A DNA stretch of 64,000 nucleotides from Octopus sinensis (lineage: Eukaryota): positions 22,629,360 to 22,693,359 of the forward strand of contig NC_043019.1 in NCBI RefSeq assembly GCF_006345805.1, given 5' to 3'. Positions 52,693 through 62,898 of the stretch are shown in pieces. The number at the start of each line of letters is the position of its first letter. The stretch's first letter is position 1. The notes beneath the pieces are model-generated. The model ran no database searches. It worked only from the letters and a program-made list of their open reading frames with translations, and was not told where the DNA came from. The position numbers and the translations under genes were made by a program.

Positions 52693-52901
52693 TACATATA
52701 CACCCATATAATATCAGTACATATGTTCTGGAATAGATCCTTAGTACATGAACTAGGATTCGATAGTACAGATATTTTGAAAGAGTATTATATACACACA
52801 CAAACACACATACACATTAATAAAAATTCAAACACTGTTGTATTTTCAATACAACATGCTTGAAAGCAAAGCTGTCTGTTACACATACATTATATATATA
52901 A

Positions 52902-52942
<41 letters not shown>

Positions 52943-53215
52943 GATGTGCATATGTGTCACGATTACAGAAATTGGTAAGCCCGCATGGATGAAAATACAT
53001 CTGCCAAATCATATTACCAAAATGTTGTTGTATGTGCTTAATTTTCATATGAGTACACATGATTCAAATTATAATAACAATAACAATAATAATTGCCCAA
53101 AACAACTTTGAAAGATTATAAAATATTTTCATGTGTGAAACTCCCCAATTTAAAATGGAATTGCTGCCAGAATTGGGTGGAAATTAAAACGATGCCTAAA
53201 TCATTAACAGATCAG

Positions 53216-56200
53216 CTATTTTGATGTGGGGTAATTAGTAAAGTCTTGTGTGAGGCTTGTTTCTGCGTAAGGGTTCTGATAAACGGCAGCGTTAGTTCGT
53301 TGTTCCTTTTGTGAACCATCAGCAATTGTGTTGTCTGGAGAGAGAGGTGATAGTTGTGAGCTGTCTGGAGAGCTGACGATTGCAGAGCTATCGGTTTCCT
53401 GGAAATCGGTATTGTCTGACGACGATTCGCAGAAGGTCTTGTAACTCGGGTCTTTCGAGTCACACCTTCCTCGGAGTTCAAGCGAAGATATCTCTAAATT
53501 CAGTTCCACCATTTTTGCATTGGCCATTTCGATGGACCCTTCTGAGTCAGATAAGGATCGAGATTCTGAATGTGGTGAATTGCCCGAGGCACATTCGGTT
53601 GGGCTATGTGGGATGTCGGGGCTAGAACTTGCAGTCACAATAAATTCCGGGATTGTAGAAGAGACCAAAGAACACTTGTATTCAGAGCTTTTGCTCTGCA
53701 AGATTTCATCTTCGTCACTTGATTCCATCTTGGTCATATCAAGATTTTCCAGTTCTTCTAAAGGGTCGGCATTCATAAGCTTCTTTTTGTTTTCATTGTC
53801 CGACTCTCCCGAAGAACTTTCACTGGAACTCTGAGAGTGTGGTAGTGACATGGACATTCTGTTGGAGTGGTTCGAGTAGCCCTCACTCGTCTCGCTGTCT
53901 CTCAAGCAAGATGTCGTGCTCCCATTGAAGTCTTCAGAATCCTCGTCAGTATTGAGCTGTTCCAGTGGCTCCAGTAGGTCCTGCATGTCTAACGGATAGT
54001 CATCAAGAGGACTGTCGACGAGGCTGGAATCATCGGCATCGTCAGTGACCGAGTGACGTTTGGAAGCTACATAACACTCACCTGAATTCTGTTTCTGCTG
54101 CTGCTGCTGCTGACTTTCAGAATGCGGCGGAATGCTTTCATCAGTAGACTGTAATCTCGATGAATCTGAAGTGCTGTCTTCTTCTCGGATGGTAGCCAGC
54201 GGTTTTGCAGGGGAAACAATAGATTCCTGTTTCACAATACACTTCATGTCTGTGGATTTCTTCCTTGAACTGTCACCACTGGATTCATTGGTAGGTGTTG
54301 ATCCTTGGCTAGGCGGAGGCTTGAATGTACTAAATGTTATTTTCCTTTCACTTTGACTCAGATCGTTGTCCTGACTCAATAACAGAGCTGCTACGCAAGC
54401 TGGATCGTCACGCAAGTTATTGTTACCAATGTCGTCGGCACCATCTTGCAGTGTTGTCAACAACAAGCTCTCGGCTGCGGCAGGCGTTCGATGGAAATTC
54501 TTGCCGTCAGTTGGATGGGAACTGGTACTCGCTGCCTGCTGCTTACCATACTCCTCGGTGCCGGCCGAAACCAAACTTGAAACAAATGTACATTCGCTTG
54601 AATTGGATATCTTACTGGAGTTAGTCTTCGTAAAATCAATATTGTCGTTTGCATTATCTTCCTCCTCCTCCTTTACTATATCATCATCGTCGTCATCATC
54701 ATCATCATCATCGTCATCGTTGTCGTCATCATTGTTGTTGTCAATAACAACAGTTCTTTTGATAGAAATTACATGTGCAGGTTCTGGTAAATGAGTGAAC
54801 CCTTTGTTTTTCAAAATGGAGCGGCATACTGGGGTTGTTTCAGCTGGTTGTTCATTTCTGGAGTGGCTGACACTATCTTCATTTCCACTTACCTGCCGCT
54901 GCTGGACAATCAGATCATCCATTTGGTCTGCTTTCGTGTTACCCGTCTCACCAGTTGGACTTGTGGTGTGATCAATGGATGAGAAACTGTCTTTCGGTGG
55001 AAGATGCTTGAACGTAACAAACTCACCACTTTCCCTTTTATTAACCGAAGGACCGGCTTCTTTGTCTTTCCCTGTAACATTATTATCTACAGCGACTGTA
55101 TTTATTTCTACTATGTCATCACTGGCTTTTATCACCGGTGTGTCCTTTTCTATAGCATTGGTGTCTTTTGCCATAGCAACAGCATCCTTTGCCACAATGA
55201 CAGTATCCTTTGCTGTGGTAGACTCATCCTTTGGCTGGACAGAGACTGACTTTTTCACACGCTTCTGGATCTGTTGAAGGATTTCCTTCTCCAGCGATGG
55301 GCTTGTTGTATCATCTAGACAGGAGTAACTAGTCTTGGGAGGCAGTTTATGGTAGCTAACTAACTCGAACCTTCGTGGACTAACAGGAGACCTGTCATTT
55401 GGGGTTCGACAAGAAGGTGACCTCCGGTTTGGGGAATGACCTCTAGAAGGCCGAGGGATGTGGTATTCGTTATTCAAATTCAATTTGTCAACTGGAAGGT
55501 TTGATAGGGGCCGACTCTCTCCGCTACTTTCACAGTGAGTGTCTGTTAAGGCAAACAGTTCCGTTTCGTCCTTCAACTCTTTGTCTACTTTCAAGCGCCG
55601 ATGTAAGATGTAAGGTATGTCTTTGATTAAATCACTTCCGTTAATCAAGTTTATTGGTTTGCTAAGTTTCTTCATCTTGTCTTTGTCCGTGTTGATTTTG
55701 TTTTCTTTCAATAAGTTTTCGTTTGTCACAAAAGAAACATTGTTTACGGTGTTGTTATTGTTGTTCGACTTATTCGGATCCATTACACTATTGTCATGCT
55801 TACTAGAATTCTGTGAGTTGTTCTGCGAGTGACCAATATTGATGGTTGGCCAGTTGTCAATGGTACCATGATTGGTCTGATAGCAGTTGTTGTTATTGAT
55901 GAAATTATCAGACATCACTTTCTCACACGATTTCTCGTCAATTCCTGCAAACTTTGGATCATTTACACCATCAACTATACCGGAATCTCGGAAATGCTTT
56001 TTGCAGTCGTTGTCATGAGGAGGATCAAAATCTAACGACAATTCTTTGTCGGCCGGTGATTTGTCGAGTTCCTCTCCGGAATCTGTCAGCTTTGGAGTTT
56101 CCTGGAATTTGTCATTTTTGTTGTTGGTGGCAAAACTCAAGTCTGTTGCGTCGAGAGTGCTGCAAGTCTTGATCTCATCAATACAAGAAATTCCCGAGTC

Positions 56201-56999
56201 AGACTTTGGAAGATGTTCGTCTTCCTCGTTGACCTTTGACATTTCGCTAAAGCTCCTATCACTAAGCGACTTGCTCAACGGTAGACGGGGTATGTTTTCG
56301 AATGCAACCGTGTCTTCTCCGCCTTCCTCAACCACATCGTCAGTGGTCGGGCTGGTATCGGTCTCAGTGATGAATTCGCTCGACTCATCTGTAGGAACAG
56401 AGAAGTTATTAACATTGACATCATCTACAGCAGAATCCCCTCCAGCCTCTTCATCCTTGTTTGCAGTAGAACTGTCTTGTGATTCTTCATTCAAGGCTAA
56501 AAACAACTCACCAGTATCCTTACCTTTTGCAGCTCCTTCATTTACGACCATACCCACACAAACATCAAAATCCTTGCCCCTATCCTCCTCTATTGACACG
56601 CCACCCTCACCTGTGTTAGTAATGATGTTGTTGTTTATATGATTGTTGTTAGTATTACCATTGTCTATAGTCCAAGAGAGAACACGCTCCTTGGCCATTT
56701 CTAGTTTTCCTGTACCGTGTAACCCTTCATCAAACTGAGCAGAGAGTTTCCTAAGAGAATCGCAACAGTCAACGTCTGTATGGCTCGCTATCTCTTCCAA
56801 TGACACATTGTACTCTAACTTGTCAACTGAGCCCTCGTCATCACTATGATTATCGTCATCGTTTTCATCGTCACTGTCACTGTCATCACTGTTGCTATCA
56901 TCGTCATCGTCACTACGGTCGTAATCACCCTCTTCTTCCCTAGTGTATTTACCTGTAATTCTATTATCACTCTCTACACATTTCATGGGGACACCATCT

Positions 57000-57033
<34 letters not shown>

Positions 57034-57689
57034 TTACATCATCATGGTCATCGTTACCATTTTTGTCAATAAGAGACCCCAGAAAATGAACGGATTTGGG
57101 TATATGGGGAGCCGAATTATTCGATTTGTTACGAATTTTGACACTATTACCAGCAGGGGGGTTCAAAATGGGGGTTAACTGAACATTATTATCATTGTCA
57201 TTTGCAATTTGATTGGCTGACGAACTTTGCTGCTGCCTAGTAGAACTTAAACTAGTGGATATACCATTGAAATCTGACTTAACACTTCTGCCGGGGACAT
57301 GATCGCTGGACTCTGCATTCTCTATGCTTTGAGCGGCATTTGTTCGACCGCCACCGACATCCTCACAATTCTCGTCGGCATTGTCGTTTTCGAGCTTATC
57401 GTGCTTGGTAGCCATAGCCGGTTGGCTGTGGCTGCGTGCTGACTCGAGTTTTGGTGAATTCAAGGAGCGGCTTCCAGACAACGAACTTTCACTGTGCACC
57501 TCAGCAGTTTCGACCCTCGCCGAAGAAGCGATGCAGTTGTTGTCCTGTGCATTTTCAGCCAACACATGCGAGCCACTTGAGGCGGTGCTGTTCTGGCTGA
57601 CATGGAAATCTGAAGAATTTAGAGTAGTTGTTTTCTGATGGCTTTTTGGTGTGGCACTTGTACTTCTGCTATTACGACCACTCACAGAC
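53216..57689 (-). CDS. Large, probably terminal coding exon of an unidentified gene (~1490 aa; acidic, Ser/Asn-rich, likely intrinsically disordered)
   Basis: Stop-free 4.47 kb frame in an AT-rich, repeat-dense background, with no TE insertions inside it. Splice acceptor TTTTATTGTTGCAG precedes 57689 (phase 2) and a TAG stop lies at 53216-53218. The ORF-track start MVLFYCC is intronic. Confidence 0.9.
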
Positions 57690-57824
57690 CTGCAACAATA
57701 AAACAGAACCAAATTACAAAGAACTCATATAATACATCACAAACTACTGTCACCAAAAATGAGAAACAGAACTGTAACAAAGATATCATCCATAAAATTC
57801 TATAATTAATAAATAAAATAATAA

Positions 57825-58020
57825 TGGTTTCAAATTTTGGCACAAGGCCAGCAATTTCAAGAGAGGAGATAAGCTGATTACATCAACCCCAGTGTTCAAC
57901 TAGTTCTTATTTTATTGACCCAGAAAGGATAAAAAGCAAAGCCAACCAGGACAGAATTTGAACTCAGAACATAAAGACAGATGAAAATCTGCTAAGCATT
58001 TTGGCTGGTGTGCTAATGGT
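57825..58020 (-). mobile_element. SINE family B (intronic)
   Basis: Family B motifs. Confidence 0.85.
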
Positions 58021-58229
58021 ATATATATATATATATATATATATATCAAAATAAACAACAGGATATCAAGTAGTGATGCTGTATGACCATTTCAAGGAGC
58101 TCCATTTAATTGAACAATGCAATCATTACATCAATTTAAAAGTAGTGCCATCTTCAGCTGCACAAATAAACAAATAGAATTTTAACAAGTAGGACACATT
58201 AATATAATTTTACTCATATATATACATAC

Positions 58230-58285
<56 letters not shown>

Positions 58286-58468
58286 GCACACATGAATAGA
58301 GCAATAAGTATTTAGAGTGACTGTTTTCCATTAAGTCTGTATTAACCTTACTTTTGTCTCTTAAACATTTTATATAAATTAATTTTTTAATCTAAGAAAA
58401 TATTTTGCAAACACACACACACACACAGACAGACAGACAAAAATAGTTCAGCCCTAAGTCAATCCTGA

Positions 58469-58678
58469 ACTTTTTAGCATCCAAACTTGCCAAATCTGGC
58501 CCAAATATTCTACCCGTTTTGGATTCAAATTGGCCAGATCCAGCCTCTCACACCTACCTAACAGTGTCATTCAAGCAATATACAATCACATCTTCAAAAC
58601 CATGAAGCTATGGTTAATTCAAAGCAATATGAATAATTAAGCCATCACATTTGACAGAATAATCTGAATGCTAAAGGG
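58469..58678. mobile_element. piggyBac-type MITE family 1, inserted in a family H repeat
   Basis: Right end GAATGCTAAAGGG-TTAA; internal gccagatccagcctctcacacctac is the reverse complement of the 13074 copy. Left end degraded. Confidence 0.75.
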
Positions 58679-58974
58679 TTAAACATATTCCAACAGAGCT
58701 ATGTATGATAACTCTTCCAGCCCATGACCATTCCAGCCTTTTAATCAGACAGTGCCTAAGGTTCATATATATGGTCTAATACATACATGTGTGCGCGCAT
58801 GCATGTGGTTGTATTTCAGAAAAGTCATCTCCATTAATTAAACACAAGATGTTATTGTTTTTCTCCACTTTTTTCACTCACATATCAGTTCCTAATTAAT
58901 GGCAAGGAAAACACCACCAACACACATTAGTATTGATTAAAATGTACTGTCACACACATACATTTATATATATA

Positions 58975-59385
58975 CTAGCAGCATAGCCCGGCGTTGCCCG
59001 GGTATGTAAGAGCCCCTAGTAGGCAACGACTAATCCCAATCTAGTCTTTTCCCTCTAGGGAACGAAGGCGCATGTGTAGGTTGCAATGTCTTCTCTTCAC
59101 TCGAATACTTCTGTGTATACGTTGTTCCTAGCTGTCGAGTTGTGTCCCCTAGACAGAAAATGTGTTGCATATAAAAAGCTTAGATTCTCGACCCCATGTC
59201 GAATTTATCAATTTTTTTCAGAACTGGGGGAACTTTTCAAAATTTTCGCTGCGTTAGTTTTGAATGATGACATTGGGCTATGTGTGTGTCAAGTTTCATC
59301 AGAATCGGTTGAAAGCCGTGGTCAGAGTGAGGGTACAACCTGACAGACACACAGACAGACTAACTGCCGTTTATATAGAGAGAGA
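58975..59385 (-). mobile_element. Non-autonomous Helitron
   Basis: Minus strand A^TC...CCCGG-GCAACG-CCGGG hairpin, 8 nt, then CTAG^T. Contains AAGTTTCATCAGAATCGGTTGA and ACAGACAGAC. Confidence 0.88.
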
Positions 59386-59417
59386 TACACATACATACAT
59401 TACATACGTACATATAT

Positions 59418-60180
59418 TTAAGGTGTGTTCCAGAAGTTTTGAGACATTTTTAGGAGAAGCAGTTATAACTGCCCTTGAGTATTGCAATGTTAGTATATCA
59501 TTACTGTACATCTAATAACCTGACTTGCCTATCGTTGTTATTCCAGATTGAAGGAGTGTATTCAAAGTCCTGTAACACACTTTGAACACACCCTACTAAA
59601 CACTGCTTGTCACAGCTGTCTAGTTTGCAGAATGCAATTAAGTATGTGAAGACAATTTCAAAGCTGCCTATGCAATAAAGTTTTCTGTTAAACTGGGTAA
59701 AAAAATATCAAAGAAACTTATGAAATGGTTCGCACTCCTGATGGGTTTGGGCAAGCCAGAATGCTCGTGGATTAACCAAGTGTTTGTTTTTGCAGGCACA
59801 AGAGGCTGGGCAAAGCAAGTCCACCGAGAAGCTCATGATGATCCCTAATCCTTTTGTTCATTACAGCTAGGGTATCATCAACATCCAGTGGGTACTTTGT
59901 GGTAGTTTTGAGGGAGTCCAGGAAGAGATTTCATTGTGGAATGCCAGAGCACCTGCACAAGTCCAAAATTCCATCCTGGCAACCAACTACTTGCTGTGAC
60001 AAGGGATCAGGATACCTTCACTTAAGAGGATTCCCATGGGGCCTTCAAAAAGTGGCTGGAGCACTACAAATGCATTGAAGTCAGAGGTACTTTGAAGGAG
60101 ATTATGATTTTGTACTTGTTTGAAATTAATAAATGTCTTGCCTAAAAAATAGGACTCAAACCTTCTGGAATGCACCTTGT
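59418..60180 (+). mobile_element. Internally deleted mariner (irritans-like N-terminus)
   Basis: Imperfect TIRs AAGGTGTGTTCCAGAAGTTTTGAGAC / GACTCAAACCTTCTGGAATGCACCTT. Remnants YAIKFSVKLGK..KETYEM and a frameshifted C-terminal KKWLEHYKCIEVR..YFEGD. Confidence 0.75.
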
Positions 60181-60244
60181 GTGAGTGTGTATATATATTG
60201 GTCAACTTTGCCATTGGTGTATTTATATATATATATATATATAT

Positions 60245-60433
60245 AATTATTTGAGGGAATATTATTCCAAACTTACAGGGAAAAATTCAATTTAGAAATA
60301 CTAAATCAAATTTCACAAATATAATATATATAATATATATATATATTATATATATATATAATTATTTGAGGGAATATTATTCCAAACTTACAGGGAAAAA
60401 TTCAATTTAGAAATACTAAATCAAATTTCACAA

Positions 60434-60490
<57 letters not shown>

Positions 60491-60672
60491 TAGAAAAACC
60501 ACCTTTTATCAATTCAAAATGAACAATTAAATTACACCATCTAGAAAATTACATATAATAGAAATATTAAAATTAAAATAATAATTTTAATATTTCTATT
60601 ATATGTAATTTTCTAGATAGTGTAATTTAACTGTTCATTTTGAATTGATAAAAGGTGTTTTTTTCTAATTTA
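60245..60672. repeat. (TA)n-embedded 115-bp period direct duplication followed by a ~187-bp near-perfect hairpin
   Basis: Direct copies 60245-60328 and 60360-60443; inverted arms 60486-60575 and 60582-60672. Confidence 0.9.
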
Positions 60673-61006
60673 TATATATATGTATGTATACATGCAGATA
60701 GCTAGCTAGTTAGATAGATCAATAGATAGATACAGCAAAGACAAAGTTGATCAATGCAGTATTTAAACTTTGAGAGGAAAGAACTGAAACAAAGACTGTT
60801 ATGACATTATGTCCAATGTGTTTAACAATGTTGCCATTGCACATCTTGAAATGAGTACAAGACAGAACTGGAAAAAAAAGAGGAAAGAAAAAAAAACAAG
60901 AGCTGAACAATGAATAAATAATTGAGACAGGATAAACATCAGCATAATTACATTTTCAGTTGTTATAAAAACATATTGAAGAAGCAAATAACTAAGCAAT
61001 GTGGTA

Positions 61007-61039
<33 letters not shown>

Positions 61040-61042
<3 letters not shown>

Positions 61043-61301
61043 TGGTAAAAACGGTAAGATAACAAAAGAAAGAAAGAGACCTCAATATTATGTAAATAGA
61101 GGAATTTTATCTGTAAATTAATATGTTACCATTATACAATAGTCAAGATAAAACTCTGAGTTTCAGATGCCAAAATGGAAAACCACAACACCATCTCTGC
61201 AGATAACCGAAGAGATGGTGTTGTAGTTTTCCACTTCGGCATCTGAAACTCAGAGTTTTATCTTGACTATTGTATAATGGTAACATATTAATTTACAGAT
61301 A
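61040..61301. mobile_element. (TA)n-flanked fold-back insert resembling a Penelope-like element terminus
   Basis: 91-bp inverted arms 61108-61198 and 61211-61301 (three mismatches noticed), 12-nt spacer, longer left arm. Confidence 0.7.
61201..61263 (+). ncRNA. Type-I hammerhead-like motif (U4C core variant)
   Basis: Stem I AGATAA/TTATCT (6 bp), core CCGAAGA, stem II GATG...CATC with a register ambiguity, GAAA, stem III CTC-A-GAG, GUU triplet. Confidence 0.6.
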
Positions 61302-61329
61302 TATATATATATAAACACACACATATATA

Positions 61330-62605
61330 TTGAGTCATCCCATAAATAATGTGGTTTTTTTCAATTGCATGAACTAAAAGTTGGAGGGAGACAGGATAAA
61401 CCACCTGCATCAACTTGCTATAAAAGTAGGTAGTAATTTTGCCTTGTGCTTATTCTTAGTGCAAGTTTTGAAGAGTGCAATTCGATTTTAACGGTTCTTT
61501 TTTTACAAAGCTATAATGGAAGTGACAAAGGAGCATATTCAGCATATTTTGCTTTATGAGTTCAATAAAGGCAACAATGCAATGGAAAGCAAGAGGAATA
61601 TTAATATAGTATATGGGGATTGGACAATAAGCGTAAGCCAGCGTCAACGATGGTTCCAGAAATTCCAAGTCGGAAACTACAGCCTAGAAGATGAGCTTCC
61701 TTCTGGAAGATCTGTAGAGCTTGTCGAGGACATCCTGCAAACCCTGGTGCAACAAAATCCCACCGTAACTGTTGGGGAACTAGCAGAGAAGCTTAGATTT
61801 GGTCATTCAACCATTCATCGATACCTGTGTGCCATCAGAAAAGTCAGTCAATTGGGTCGATGGGTTCCTCACGAACTTTCCCAGTCTAATCATGCACAGA
61901 GAGTGAATGTGTGCTCTTCTTTACTGTCACATCTCAAGAATGAACCTTTTTTGAACTGAATAGTGACTGGTGATGAGGAATGGATTCTCTATAAAAATGT
62001 CAAGTGGCGAAGACAGTGGGTAGAGAAAGGAGAAATACCAGCACCCCAAGCTAAAGAAGGTTTTCACCCACGTAAGGTATTGTTATCTGTTTGGTGCGAT
62101 ATGAAAGGTTTAGTCCACTCTGAACTTTTAAACCCAAACCAAGTGATAACAAAGGAGATCTACAGCAAAGCAGCTTAAGTCAGCACTAGAAGGAAAACAA
62201 CTGTCTTTGCTTTCAAGACGAAAGGTGTTCTTCCATCAGGATAATGCTTGGCCACATACAGCGAGGATGACTTTCCAAAGGCTGGAGCAGTTTGAATGGG
62301 AAATGATGCCCCACCCACCATATTCACCAGACATTGTCCCATCTGATTATCAATTATCCCCCAGTCTTCAAAATCATTTGGATAGAAAAAATATGAATTC
62401 TGTAGATGAGGTCAGGACACTACTGGAGGAGTATTTTTCATCATGGACAAGTGAATTTTGGAAGAGGGACCTTGTAAGTCTACCAGATAGATGGAAGAGC
62501 ATTGTAGAAAATGAAGGAGTGTATATTTTAAAAAAGAACTTTATTTTAATTTTGGAAAAATAAAAGAAGTATAAAAAAAAATGCATTATTTATGGGATGA
62601 CCCAA
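61330..62605 (+). mobile_element. Full-length decayed mariner (DD34D, cecropia/Hsmar1-like)
   Basis: TIRs TTG(A/G)GTCATCCCATAAATAATG with TA on both sides; 1276 bp. Transposase 61516-62563 has WVPHEL, TGDE, QDNA-34-D and YSPD motifs, a premature stop at 61957-61959 and a frameshift near 62170. Confidence 0.95.
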
Positions 62606-62719
62606 TATATTACACATATATATAAAAGAAGAGAGAGGAGACAGACATAAACATAATTATACAGACTCATATATATATCTATATATATATGTATACACAC
62701 ACACACGTGCGCGCGCACA

Positions 62720-62837
62720 AATGAGCCCATAACTGCAAATACCAAAGGTAGAGTAATACACTTTTCTTAAAGCTGCAAAATTATCACAAAACTCTGATTA
62801 ACAGTTTTGTGATAATTTTGCAGCTTTAAAAAAAGTT
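62720..62837. mobile_element. Short fold-back insert related to 44146-44360
   Basis: Shared aaatacc...tagagtaata...ttaaagc.gca.aa segment. Inverted arms 62767-62793 and 62803-62829. Confidence 0.6.
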
Positions 62838-62857
62838 ATATATATATATATATATAT

Positions 62858-62896
<39 letters not shown>

Positions 62897-62898
<2 letters not shown>

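Noticed and set aside
53380-57638. Plus-strand and alternative-frame ORFs overlapping the big exon
   Set aside because: Antisense or frame shadows of a long coding sequence with no independent signals.
57690-57712. ORF-track N-terminus MVLFYCC
   Set aside because: It is the polypyrimidine tract and acceptor of the intron; the exon starts at 57689.
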